Shown here in pieces: positions 23,773 to 36,474 of a stretch of DNA of 64,000 nucleotides (its first letter is position 1; the number at the start of each line of letters is the position of its first letter). A program made the translations under genes and the position numbers. Source of the stretch: Felis catus. Lineage: Eukaryota. The notes below the pieces were generated by a model that made no database searches, was not told the DNA's origin, and saw nothing but the letters and a program-made list of their open reading frames with translations. Location of the stretch: assembly GCF_018350175.1 (NCBI RefSeq), contig NC_058368.1, forward strand, positions 27,158,001-27,222,000. The letters are read 5' to 3'.

Positions 23773-25329
23773 AGCAATGAACATTTGAGTTTTCTAGACC
23801 TGTTCGAATTCGGATCCATTGTTATATATGGATCAAACATAAAAAGCTCCATTGCCCCTTGCTATTATGGGGAGAATTTCAGCCAACTGAAATAGTACCC
23901 CCTCCCCCTCCCTCCACCCTACAGCGATCAGAGGAATCAGTTGCTCAGACAAGATGGCCGGTTGTATTGTGTAAAGGAGGAGAGAGGACAGTAGATGCTA
24001 ACAGTGAGATGTGTGTTACTTGCCTGGGGGAAGACACCTTCTCCTGAAGCAAGTTTCAGACACAAACAGGGCTCACCCTCTCCCCACCCCCAGGGCACTT
24101 GCACATGGTTACACAGCACATGGGTCAGGTTTTGAAAAGCAACAAGTCTTTGAAAGTTTCTTGCCGTTTCTCCTTGTGTCACCTTTGGATTTGCTTTATG
24201 AAATGTGTGGCCATGCCACCTGGCAGGAAGAAAGGCAGGTTTGGGGAAAGCTTGCCATTCCCAGGGGGCCCTTTCCCAGTGACTTGGGGCCCACGGACCA
24301 GGCCACTGACAGAGGCCTTCCACAGGATTCCATTTCATCCCTCCCCACCCTAATATCCTTCCTCCCTGGGGCCTCTTATTCATGTATGTAAGAGAAGAAA
24401 CAAACTTGACAAGAAGATGACTTTTGTGAGGCAATTTAATGGCGAATAGACAGCGAATGCCACCCTGGGGTCAGCGGGAAAGGCTAGATGTATAAGAATT
24501 GCATTTTCATCGTTACTTTGAAAATGGTAGGATGGGAGAACTCAGTAGCTTTATACACTGAGGGGTTTTTTAGAGATGACTGTCCCATTAGTGAAACATA
24601 TATGACCTGTTTCCTTCAGAGGCGTAGACATTTGGCGTCGGGAATCCCTTTGAGATGGCAAAGAAATGCCGGGGAACAACATGCACCCCTACTCTCTCAG
24701 GCACAGCTCTGTGGTCGTGAGTGACTGGGCCACTGGTGAGATCAGCTGGGCAGGTGCACAGGGGTGCCCTGTCGCCTCCAGGGGCTAAGGATTTAAAGCA
24801 CAGAACAGTGTTGCAGCTTTAGGGGTGTGAGGTGTGTTTATATAGATGGGATTAGAAGAAAGGAAGTTTTGAAAGGAAAATAAGGACTGTTCTCTACTTA
24901 ATATGGTTTTTGGTAGGCTTGTTTCAGAGCAAAATGACTGTTCCATATCTTATCAGCTCGCTCTTACCTTTTGAAGATAAGCAAAAATGTCCCACTCTTC
25001 TCAGTCTAGGTGCTCTGCTTGTCTTGACTGGCAGGGGCTTTCAATTACTGGCTTCTTCCCAGAGTGCAGAGACGTGTTTAAATTCTTGTCAGGGAAGATG
25101 AAACCTACCTGATGAAACTTGACTTGGTTCCCCTTGTAGTTGGACCTTTTGGGAGTTGGGTGTTTCCTATTGAGACTGCCCTCCCAGTCCAAAAAAAAAA
25201 AAAATCAAGTTAATATGGGCATAAAGATTGGCTTTTATAATCATTTTGGCAATAAGTATACTCTCTTATCAAGAAAACACAACAGCACCTTTCCTGAATT
25301 CAATTCTGCCAACTTTTATCAAGCATCTC

Positions 25330-25331
<2 letters not shown>

Positions 25332-25359
<28 letters not shown>
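25332..25359. repeat. (GT)14 microsatellite
   Basis: Perfect dinucleotide run. Confidence 0.95.
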
Positions 25360-25360
<1 letters not shown>

Positions 25361-25489
25361 GTCATGTGTCGCACTCAGGGGATGAAAAGAGATGAAGTAC
25401 ACTCTTCAGGAAGGCAGAGAACAAGATGCCTGCTTATATATGAGAAGGATAAACAGTTGTGTGCTTGGTTCTCATTTTATTATAATTCA

Positions 25490-25660
25490 AAATAGTCATT
25501 TATTGAATGCCTAACTTTTGTCAGGCACTTTGCACGAATCCTCTCCACTCCTTGCAACAATCTGGCTAAGGAGATAGTATTAACTTTAATTTACAGCCAA
25601 AGAAACTAAGGCTGAGAGAAGATGAATAACTTTCCAAATTTATACAGTAAGGAAGTGATT
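25490..25660 (-). mobile_element. MIR
   Basis: catttattgaatgcc...tgtcaggcactttgc...tttacagccaaagaaactaaggctgagaga. Confidence 0.75.
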
Positions 25661-26179
25661 CTGATTCATTCCTTTTTTTTTCTTTCAGTAGGAAAATAAT
25701 TTCGATGGGAATGTATTTTTAAATAAAGCCAGCTCATATGCCAGCTTTTAAGACCCATCTACAAAAGAGATAAGCAAAGGAGAGAGATGATCTTTATAAT
25801 CTTTCAAAGCTCAGTGATCCAGTGTGACTGAAGGATTGGAGAACTATTTAACAGAGAATCAACATGTAACATTGAATGAGACAAATAAGAGATAATTTCT
25901 GAAAATTGGAAGGAAGGTTTTCATCTTTGTTCCATTACTGGAAACAGAAACAAAAGGAAAACATCGTGTTTTCTTTTGAAGGTGTGAAGCCCAAGTAAAA
26001 CATGAACAAATCTTTAACGTGTCCTTTTTTATCAGAAGGAGGGGGCAAGGAACCTTAAATAGTGTGGCTCAGTGACTCACTGAATACGTATTTAACTCGA
26101 CGGTTTGTAGTAAAAAGTATAGATGACAAATCAATATACACATATTTACATATTCCCACAATACATACTCACATATATA

Positions 26180-26314
26180 TGAGAAACAGAGTCTAATGAA
26201 ATATTACCTCTATTATATATGATATGCTCTGGTGTTTTCTTTTCTAGCTAATAAAACAAATTCTGGTCCTGATCCACTCACTGATGGCTCACAGCATGAC
26301 GTTTGAAAAACACG
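26180..26314 (-). mobile_element. hAT-Charlie fragment (Charlie4-like)
   Basis: Ends ...gtttgaaaaacacgg, the reverse complement of a CAGTGTTTTTCAAAC-type terminus. Confidence 0.55.
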
Positions 26315-27406
26315 GCTCTATCTAATCCCTCAATTTTATTTCTTCTTCTCTCTTTATCCTTTAACCCCAAGAGAATCATCCCTGGCAAAAATAGAAACAT
26401 TGACACCCTTCACCCCCTTTCACCTCTTCTTTGTTCTACATTCCCGCGTACAACACAGGTGACCCTCCTGTCTCCCTCCACACAGACCTGTGCCTCAAAC
26501 ACTGCGGACCACTGGTATCTGTACTCCTTCCTTTCTGCAGATGGGGAAGCGTCTCATCTGCCATTGGTGCTTTGCAGATCATGATAGCTGAGGGGATTTT
26601 TTTCCCCAGTAAATGAAGCTTCTCTGATGGTCAGAAAACATTCCTAATTTTCGACGGCTTGTCAACATAACTTTTGTGACTAGAGAAAGAAGAAAAACTT
26701 TGTCACTCAACAATCTTACGATTCCACTAGGAACTTACCTTTTTATTTTAGACAAAGTTCAAAACCTGGAAACCTAAATGAAATGTAGGTCCAATGAATG
26801 AAACAAATTGTCTTTCATCAGAATTGTTTTGGAATATTTTGTTTTCTCATGAAAAAATGCAATCAAATTTGTGTTTTACTCTTAGTAGTAGTATTTTTTT
26901 GGAGTTAGTGTTGACATGATTTCAACCACTAAGAGTGTTCGCCCAAACTTTACAGTGTCTTTTGTGAGAAGAGTAATATAGTATAACATGGGGTGAACTG
27001 TTCGGTTTTATTTGGAATCATTTTCAGCACAAAAGCTGCAAAGGGAAAATATTACAGAGAGATTGGGGTTTGTGGAACACAAGCTTGAAATTTTTAAAGT
27101 TTAGGAAATAATGGAAGTGAGATAATGAAAAGAAGATAATGAGCAGTAGATGCGATAACTGGTCTGTAGGTATTAGACTTCATTGTAGATACAAATTCAC
27201 TACAAACACTTGTTATTTACATGTTGCTTCAGCCAGAACCCTGATGTCCTCCATAACACCACCCTCTCCCTCACTCCTCACATGAGCCATTATTATGTCC
27301 TTTTGATTCTCCCCTCAGAGATCCCTCAAGTCCACCTGCTTCTTCTCAAGTTAAAGGCACCACCTCATTTTGTGGAGGGCGGGGATGTCTTTAGGAGACT
27401 TCCTGA

Positions 27407-27600
27407 CTGGAGGCATATGTGTAGGTGATGAATCACTAAATACTATTCCTGAAACCAATATTCCACTATATGTTAACTAACTTGAATTGGTTACCTAATA
27501 ATTGGTTACCTAAATTGGTTACCTAATTGGTTACCTAAACCTAATAACTACCCCCCACCCAAAATAAAAAATAAAAAAAAATATTAAACAACAACAACAA
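27407..27600 (+). mobile_element. Short carnivore L1 3' end with internal tandem repeat
   Basis: gtgatgaatcactaaatactattcctgaaaccaatattccactatatgttaactaacttgaa plus A-rich tail; TSD agg(a/g)gactt(c/t)ctga. Confidence 0.8.
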
Positions 27601-28335
27601 AGGGGACTTTCTGAAATGGCTACTTTATCCTCCACCCCCCTCCCATTCTTGCCTTCTCTATTCAGTAAGAGCCCAAGTAAACTATTAAAAGCACAAATCA
27701 TACCACATTGTCCTGCATACTGGGAAGTGTATTTCTAACACTGACAATAACCCCATGAAGCTCTACAGGATCTAGCTATGTCCCCGTCAGTAGCTGCCTC
27801 TTCTTCCCATACTGGCCTCCTTTCCATCCCTGAACTCACTGAGCCCCTCTTCTCCTCGGAGCCTTCCCACATACCTCCCCAAGCCAAACATCAGAAGCTT
27901 TGTTTCTTCTAAAGGAATAATGTCATAAGGCTGTGAGAATATTCTTATGATGCTGCCATCACTTGATGTATTTTTTAAATTTCTCTGAAACAGCTTTTCA
28001 AGAGCCTGCATCAGTTTTTTTGGGTAGAATTTTCAGGGGAAGAATATTTAGTAATACTGAGTTTGGTTTAGGATATTGTAATCTTCAAAGCACTTGAACA
28101 AGTCTTCTCATTTAAATTTTGTTTAATTCTTAATAAGACCCATGCTTGAAGTTGATATTGATGTTTGAAAAAGCTAAGTACATGATAGAGTAACAGACTT
28201 AGATTTGAATATATTAGCTATGGTATTAATTGTAAAAAGACATAATGATTAAAGGACAAAGAATATAAGATTGGATAAAGCTCACTTAATGCTGTTTCTA
28301 GGAAATATATTTAGTATCTAAGAACGTGAAAGGTT

Positions 28336-28559
28336 GGGGCACCTTGGTGGCTCAGTCGGTTAAGTGTCCGACTTTGGCTCAGGTCATGATCTTGCAGGCC
28401 ATGAGTTCGAGCCCCGCATTAGGCTCTGGGCTGACAGATCAGAGCCTGGAGCCTGCTTAAGATTCTGTGTCTCCTTCTCTCCTTACCCTTCCCCCACTCA
28501 CACTCAGTCTCTCTCTCTCTCTCTCTCTCTCTCAAAAATGAATAAACCTTAAAAAAAAA
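28336..28559 (+). mobile_element. Can-SINE
   Basis: Head, (CT)n, A tail. Confidence 0.94.
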
Positions 28560-28649
28560 GGAATGTAAAATATTGCAAGTAAAAAGGTGGAAAAAAACCA
28601 TAAAATGCAAAAATACCAATATCTCCCCTTGCCCTCCACCCCCCAAAAT

Positions 28650-29655
28650 CAGTAATTGTTATGCTAATACTAAGAATTTTTAAAGCAGAAAACTTTACCA
28701 GATATAATGAGGATATTTTATAATGGTAAAAATTAATTCACCTGGAAGTTATAATAATCCCCAAAGTTTAGACATTTAATCATGTGCCCCAGTTTTTAAA
28801 AATTAACAATACTAAGAGAAGAAATAGAAAAATTAATAAATAGTAAGAGATTATGATATATCTCTTTCAGTAAGTTGGGAGGACAGACAAAAAAGTAAGA
28901 TTAATAAGGTTTAAACCATACGGTGACAAACTTTACTTATGGAAACATAAAAAGCTTTGAGCACAAAACAAGCACAGAAAACCATTTTTGCCTAGCATGT
29001 AAGAAACATATTTTTAAAAAAGTGACCACATACTGAATCAAATATGCAGTCTCAAAATATTTGAAAAGGTTAAAATTTTACAGAGAATTAAAAGTTGTTC
29101 ACTATTCATTTAAGCTACAAATCAGCAGCAACAATCTGGAGAACAATAGTAAAATCTTGAATAGTCCTGTATTTAAAAATTAAGAAATATTCTTCCAAAT
29201 AAATACAGGGTCAAAAAAGAATCATAATGGCAATTGGAAAATATTTTTATCTGGATGGTAATGAAATTCAGATGCAGCTAAAGCCATCTTTGAGGGAAAT
29301 TTATAGCCTTAAAATGCATGTTAAAACGGAAAATTAATGAACTGAGCATCCATCTCAAAAATTTATAAAAAAGAAGGAAAAATACACTGAAAGAATATAG
29401 AAGGAAGAAAAAACAAAGAGAAGAGCAGAAAATAATGCAAATTTAAAAACGAAAAACAAATACATAGCAGAGACCATCATCAAAACCAAAATTTTGTTCT
29501 TTGAAAAGTCTATTGAAATTGATAAGCTCAAGGGACACCTGGGTGGCTCAGTCAGTTAAGTGTCTGACTCTGTTTTGGCTCAGGTCATGATCTTAAAGTT
29601 CATTGGGTTCGAGCCCTACATTCTGTCTCTCTCCCTCTTTCTCTGCCCCTTCCCT

Positions 29656-29712
<57 letters not shown>

Positions 29713-30180
29713 ATAAATAAGCATTTAAAAAATAAATAAAAAATAAAATTGGCAAGCTCAAACAAGAAAAAGTATTAAATAGCCAGGCATGGGAATGATA
29801 AAAGGGGATATCATTATAGTTCCTTGCAGGCACTGAAAATATAATAAGAGGATATTATCAACGACTTTAATGAAAGTGTAAAATTTCTGAAGAAAACATT
29901 AGCAAGCAGTCGATTAATATATAAAAAAATTAGTACATGAGCAAATTGATTTTAACCCAGAGACACAAGATTGCTTAAATGTAAATTTCTACACTATATA
30001 AAAGGAGAAAAATCATATGATTACTTTATTACATACTGATTACATACTGATTATTTAGTAAATACATACAGTATTTACTAAAATTCGACATCAGTTCATG
30101 ATAATAATTCTTAGCATATCAGGAAGAAAAGGAAGTTTCCTTAATCCAAAAAGGATAGGCACCCCAAAATCTACAGGATA
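28650..30180 (+). mobile_element. Old L1 ORF2 fragments (L1M-type), SINE-interrupted
   Basis: gatgcagctaaagccatctttgagggaaatttatagcctta, gcatccatctcaaaaa, ttgttctttgaaaag: L1 ORF2 motifs. Confidence 0.8.
29531..29745 (+). mobile_element. Can-SINE with long (CT)n
   Basis: Head, (CT)n, A tail; TSD aaattg(at/gc)aagctca. Confidence 0.93.
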
Positions 30181-31265
30181 GGTTATGTATATGCACCCCA
30201 AATCTATAATTGAAGCTCCTGTCCTGTCAGGGGTCATTCTGGCCTCATTCTAACCTGTGCTGTGCCATTCTCCACATTTAGTTGCTCTTCTTCTCTATGG
30301 TTTTGTCAAAAACATTTTTTGATGAAATAAAGGAACAATGAAGAAAATACCTTGTTTATTTTTGAAACCACACAGGATGCCTATAAAGATGATAAGATTA
30401 GATTAAATGTATCGATACGATTTTAAGTTACGCATTCTCTTAAGCAAGAGTATATCAGCATCAGCAGGAATGTGGAATTGGCAAGGAGGGCCAGGTCTAG
30501 AAGGACAGGTCAAGATCACGCCCTAGGACAAGCTGAAGGAAATCAGCTAATGCTGAGAGATGGGTAGCTGTCATAGGTCTAGGGAGCCTGGATCCAGAGT
30601 GCAGGAAAGACACATTCATTTAGAGGCAGGGCTATCGTATGATTGGGAGACAGAGGCTAATAAGTTAGTTCTTCTACTCCTTGGGTAATAAACCCAGAAA
30701 TGTTTTTGGTCTGTGGTTTATCATCACGAGCAGGTAGAGGAAACATTGATTTTCAGCAGTTTCCTCTACCTGGTTCACTACTTTTGGATATCATGGTGTT
30801 GCATCCTGAGGGTGTTTATAATTTCACGTGAAAACTTACTAATTTCTGCTGGAATATTTTGATACAGTTGTATTTCACAGAAACAAAGCCGATGACGGCA
30901 TAGAAAATAAAGTAGCTACTATCGCAGTCATCATTATTACTTCTGCACATTTCCTGTTATTTCCCAAGCTGCTCCACCCTGGGAATAAACACGAATCACA
31001 GCAACAGTTACAGAACAGCATCTCTTTGGCTCCAGCCAGCTCTCCCAGATTCCTCCCAAATAGCTTTGGAGTCTCAGTGAGTGTCTCACATGCATGTGTG
31101 AGGGCGTCCTCTTGATTGCTGCTGAAATCGCCAACAATTCATTCCTCCTTCATCCTGGGGGAGGTTTCTAGTCCCTGCGACTCCACGCGTGGTCCCTGTG
31201 TCATTGGTAACTGGGAGTTCTACTGACACCCATCCAAGGCCGACAGAGCCTCACATCCAGGGCTA

Positions 31266-31774
31266 CAAAGGCATCCCCTGCTTTTCGTAAGTTCACATCA
31301 CGCCACTTCACTTTTGGGAAAGAACTGCATTAGTACCTGTTTTCATTAACTGAAACCAACCAACCAACCAACAAAAACATCCAAAGAGGATTCCTGCCTT
31401 TACGTCAAAAGATAGTGAAAATAGCTTTCAGCACTTGCTCTGCAGTGAGGCCTTATAGAGGCAGCGGGCACCCCAAGCGGAGGGGCCCCCGCCAAACTCC
31501 CTCCCTGGGAGCTACACTCAGCATCTCAGCATCAAGCTGCCAGAGCTTCAAGTTCTGTGAGCACCTGTGCTTTATCTCGACTTCTTTTGTGCATCTGTTA
31601 GCAAGATGTGACCTAAGGTGTCAGAAAAGCATAAGAGAGATTATTCTTTGGTTCTGGGAATGCCGACAATTCTTTCCATGTATATTAATGGTGAATGCTT
31701 CTTTGCTTTGCACCATTTTGGCTCAGGAAAGTTATCATGGGAATGCTGTACTTGCGTGTAGTGGGGGAAACCTA
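31266..31774 (+). mobile_element. TcMar-Tigger non-autonomous element (MITE)
   Basis: Imperfect terminal inverted repeats (aggcatcccctgcttttcgtaagt / acttgcgtgtagtgggggaaacct) flanked by TA dinucleotides. Confidence 0.75.
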
Positions 31775-33465
31775 TATCCATCCTGGCAACGGTGGTAATT
31801 AGGTGCAGCCCAGGAGTGAGTGTCATAAATTGAGAAGTGGTGATAAACGAATGCCGTTAATATCTTGTAGTACCCTACTGAGATTTCAGATAAACCACTC
31901 CTATTCTTTAGTGTTACATCGATTGTAGTTTCTCTACCTAGGGCCTCTGTGTGCCTGCTGGAGCAGTCTGTCCATATTCAAAGAGTAGACTTTCGTTCTT
32001 AGCATCACTTCTATTTTTCTTGTATCACGGTCCCTTGTCCTAGCAGAAGATAGTTGTTTTTTTTTTTGTTTTTTTTTTTGTTTTTGTTTTTTTTTTTGTC
32101 ACTGCTTTACCTTCCATTTTTATCCCAGGAGGCCCCTTGGTCCCTCATGTAGGCTAGTTCAAAGAGAATCCACCCCTCCGTCCTCCAGAGATAACAGATA
32201 CACCTGATGCCGAGGGCATACAGGACTTCAGCTCAGATTGGGACAAAGAAATGTGCTCCTAGGACTGTTCCAACAGGAGAGAGAACACCTTAGCGCTTTT
32301 TGCAATTAGAGCTTAAAAAATATTCCTTCCTGAACATCTAAGATTGTGAGTGACCAGAATAATAGATGTTACGGAAGGTGATGATATATTTTGAAGGAGG
32401 AAGGCTGCCATGAAGACACTTCTCTCCCTCCTTTATCATTCTGACTTGGAATGTGTATTTTTCTTAAAGAAGGGTTTAGAGAGTTGGAACCATGCAGGGT
32501 TTTTTGTTTTTTTTTTTAAGTGAAACTTTCAGCTTACTAATAGTCCGAAAACCAGCCATCTTGTATCCTCTTATGGTCTGAAGCCTTTTAACAAAATAGA
32601 GGATTTTAGTATTATGTGCAAGTAACTCAGCAATAAATTTCTCCCAAGGATATACTGTAAACTTTTTTTATGCTAGAAAACCAAATTCCCAAAACACAAG
32701 ATTGGTTACCTGCCGCATTAAGAAACATGAGTGCCAACAAATTTTATGGAAAAAAAAATTATGGAAAGCAATTGGCCAGAGAGTGATTACGGAGGTTAAT
32801 CTGTGTACTAATTGGCTTGTTTAGGACGTACCCCAAACCAGAATCACCAATCATTTCTAGTGTAAGTAAATGATACAGCATTATGGCAATTAAAGAACAT
32901 GATTCATTTTTCCACAGTGTTTCACATTAACTTAAAAATAATCATTGAGGTTTAATCCGAATCAACACAAAATATACAGCATCTAAATGGGGCTTTTACC
33001 TTTCAAGTAATTTTCCTGCTGCTGAATGTGTAGAAGAGTGCAAGACAGAAGTTCATTCCTGAACTGCAGAGCTTAAAGGATATTCTCGTAAGGCATATGC
33101 CCTCCTTACAACCCCCATTTATTTACGTTACAGGTCATTATTCTAGTGAATGTGACACTGCAGTCATTTGTACAGTTACAAATTATAATGTGCATGTGCA
33201 AATTATAACTTTCTTGCACAGAGCAAGGAGCAGAGCTGTATCAGGTGATATAAGAGGGATAAGTAGAAGTCACTTGATACAATAAGGAAAATAAATTATG
33301 AAACCTTTTTTAATGGGGGAATTTTTTTCCTTAAAAGATGCTCATTTCTGCTCAATGAATATTTTCTGGCTGACCCATGCTCAAAATGCCACAGGGAGCC
33401 AGTGCATGCTGATGGTGCCCGCTGACCACATGCTCCCCCTGGGCTGAAACACTGACCCCTGAATC

Positions 33466-33687
33466 TTTTTTAATGTTTGTTTTTTTGAGAGAGAGGAGAG
33501 ACAGAGACAGAGAGAAAGAGCATGAGCAAGGGAGGGGCAGAGAGAGAGGGAGACACAGACTCCGAAACAGGCTCCAGGCTCCGAGCTGTTAGCACAGAGC
33601 CCGACACAGGGCTCAAACTCACGAATCATGAGATCATGACCTGAGCCAAAGTCAGACGCTTAACCAACTGAGCCACCCAGGTGCTCC
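33466..33687 (-). mobile_element. Can-SINE
   Basis: Antisense body; degenerate TSD tg(a/g)cc(c/t)ctgaat. Confidence 0.94.
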
Positions 33688-34279
33688 TGGCCTCTGAATT
33701 TTGAACACGGTGACCCTGTCAGCCTGCCCTCTTTTTGAGGCCCGGGGGAAGCCATTCTGCTTGTGTGCTACTAGGTCTTTGTTGTGAGCATAACTTTTTA
33801 CCACAGAACACCTGAGGTCCCGAACCAGAGAATCCAGGGTTCTGGTGGGAGGGAGAGGTAGCAGAGAAGCAGAACATGAGAAATCCCGCGCAGAACAAGC
33901 AGGACTTCCTCTGGGGCTAGCGGAGAATGAAAAGGTGCGTCTGGTCACTTTCTCGTCCTTTTGGCTAAGACCAAGTGAAAAGGCGTGTCTCTCGGAGCAG
34001 TTGAAGGGTGCAGAGGAGTGCCTCTTGCTTGGGGAAAGCTCTTTAGGATTTCAGAACTTTGAGATCGGTCTTTTGATTGCATTTTTGCTCAGCTGGATGT
34101 CTGTGATCTCCTTAGCGATAGATTCCAAGTCTTTATTCTTTCACGTGTCTTCCGGTCCAAACATGGTGCCAGGCACCTGGTAGTTACTCGATGTTTGATG
34201 ACGATGACGGTGATGATGATGGTGGTGACGCTGTTGACGATAATGATAGTGAAGGTAGTGACAGCTAACATTTGTCACC

Positions 34280-34430
34280 AAGCATTTTGTTTGTCTCGTC
34301 TGATGCAATCTTCACAACACTTGTGTGGAGGCATTGTTTTTTTTCACGTTCAGACGTAAAATACAGAGTTTAAGTTCCTTGCTCGAGGTCACACAGCTAA
34401 TAAGTATTGGAGCTGGGGATCGGATACCTC
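34280..34430 (-). mobile_element. MIR
   Basis: cttgctcgaggtcacacagctaataagtattggagctggggat. Confidence 0.7.
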
Positions 34431-34544
34431 GGCTAAGGAAAATGGCACAAAAGTACAGATAGTTGAATGAACTATTGAGTAATGTCAGTAGGCTTCGCAT
34501 GTACATCCGTGGGTCCCAAAGCTGTGTGTTTTGCTAATGCCGGG

Positions 34545-34710
34545 GCAGGGTTTCCAACATGTGGGGCCAGAGAATACGGGGTTGTGGGGGCCGACCTGTG
34601 CATTGGAAGGCATGGAGCAACATCCCTAACTTCTAGCCACCAGATGCCAATGGCAGCCCCCAACCCACGTTGTCACAACCAAAATTGTCTCTGGAGGACA
34701 ACATTGTTGC
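34545..34710. mobile_element. MER20 (hAT-Charlie) fragment
   Basis: gttgtgggggccgacctgtgcattg...catccct...cagatgcca...tgtcacaaccaaaattgtctc. Confidence 0.8.
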
Positions 34711-36197
34711 CACTTTCGAAGGGCCGGCCTTAGAAGGCCACCTAAGGCTTCGGCTTGAGCGGCACCCATTCCTACCGTCACCATCTGTGAATATTACAAC
34801 AGCATCACCTTCAGTATCTGTGAGAAGATCTACCTTAGATGCATGGACCATCCTTGGCAATGGCACCTTTGTCTTTACCCTTTAGGAGTTAGGGCATGAG
34901 GTAGGGAACAGGTTTTTTAGTTCTATCTTTTTCTCTATGTTTTCTTTGTCCCCCTTCTGTTCTGCAAGAGAAAGAAGACAAAAACATTACCCCCCGAAAA
35001 TGCCAAGAATCTGTCCAAAGAAATCACTCTCTGACCCTGGAAGAGGAAAAAGGTGATATTTAGGAGTGAGGCCATAGATGAAGGGTGTCATCGCGGTGAC
35101 AAGAGTGCAATCCACTGGTTGCAGCGACACTACGAGGCTGAGTCTTGAGGACCCAAGCCTGTGTCCTGGGCCCAACGGGAAGTGGGACGAGGACCCAGTG
35201 GATGGTTCCATACCCTCCTCCTATGTTTCCTTAGACTCTCCACGTACTGAGGACCCAGAGTCCGTGATGGAGTCGTAAAACAGAAAGGGTATGTTGGACA
35301 GGAGGGCGTGTTTTGTTTTAAAATAGGAAAACCTAGTGTCGGCGTTTGGAGAGCAAAAACAGCTCTTGCGGTTTGAAAATCACCGATAAAAATTCCCAGA
35401 TGCGTGCCGCATTAAAACCAGATCTCACTGGCTTTTAAAACCGGAGTGTGAGCTCCAGTGCTCACGCTTTTAGAACTTTACGTGACCGGACTGTCATTTA
35501 GTTGTGCTGTTTACCATTCTGACACTGGTACCCTAGACTACTTAAAATGGGCTCAAGGCCTCGATAACAATGAAGATTCCTAAGTACTGCAGAAAAGGTT
35601 GCAAGGAGTATAGTCTGGTTTAAAGTTATTTAGGTAAGCCCCCCAGAGACGGTTGAGTTTAATGAGGCCAACTCTGTCTATATTTAATTCATTAAAGAGT
35701 GATATTAATGCATGAGAGAATAGCCTGTTATGGATTTGTATGCTTTAGGACTGGGCAGACTGTTTTAGTTTTGGTTTTTGTTTTTGTTTTATCCTAGGTT
35801 AATTTTAAAAATCAATTCATTAGCGTAGATAATCCTGATTGAAGAAAATCCAGATTTACGAAATAAACTGGTCCATGAGTTTTTACTATTATAAATATGT
35901 TCTTAACCTCATAAAAAAAAAAGGCTGATTAAATAATACTTCTGATTCATTTAGGATCATGCCATGCAGATTTCCACTGATTCATCTGAGAGACAGTAGG
36001 GATGAAGAGGAAAAAAAAAAAAAACAAACAAAACAAAACTAAGGTGGCTGGGATTCAACCTGACTGAGCATTGCTCAATCTTATTTACTCACTGGGAGCA
36101 AATCTTTTACTAGGCCCTTTAGGATTTACAGTTTTCTTTGCTTTCAAGAATTGTATATTCTGGAGTTAAATAAATTAAGACATGTCCATTAAAAAGA

Positions 36198-36328
36198 GGG
36201 GTACCTGGGTGGCTCAGTCTGTTAAACACCTGACTCTTGATCTCAGCTCAGGTCATGATCTCACGGTTCATGGGTTTGAGCCCCGTGTTGGGCTCCATAC
36301 TGACAGTGCAGAGCCTGCTTGGGATTCT

Positions 36329-36379
<51 letters not shown>

Positions 36380-36440
36380 CCTACTCCACTTGTGCTCTCT
36401 CTCACTCTCTCTCAAAATAAACAAACTCAAAAAAAAAAGA
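36198..36440 (+). mobile_element. Can-SINE
   Basis: GGGGTACCTGGGTGGCTCAG head, long (CT)n, A tail. Confidence 0.95.
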
Positions 36441-36474
36441 CCAATATACTTTTGATAAAAATCCTGCTATAAAA

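Noticed and set aside
23937..24434. Overlapping 84-165 aa ORFs
   Set aside because: No recognisable homology or convincing exon boundaries
27485..27537. Short direct repeats as a CRISPR-like array
   Set aside because: 12-bp units with no real spacers, inside a mammalian L1 tail
34190..34262. Acidic poly-Asp-like reading of a (GAT/GAC/GGT)n tract
   Set aside because: Degenerate trinucleotide repeat between old repeat remnants, with no exon context
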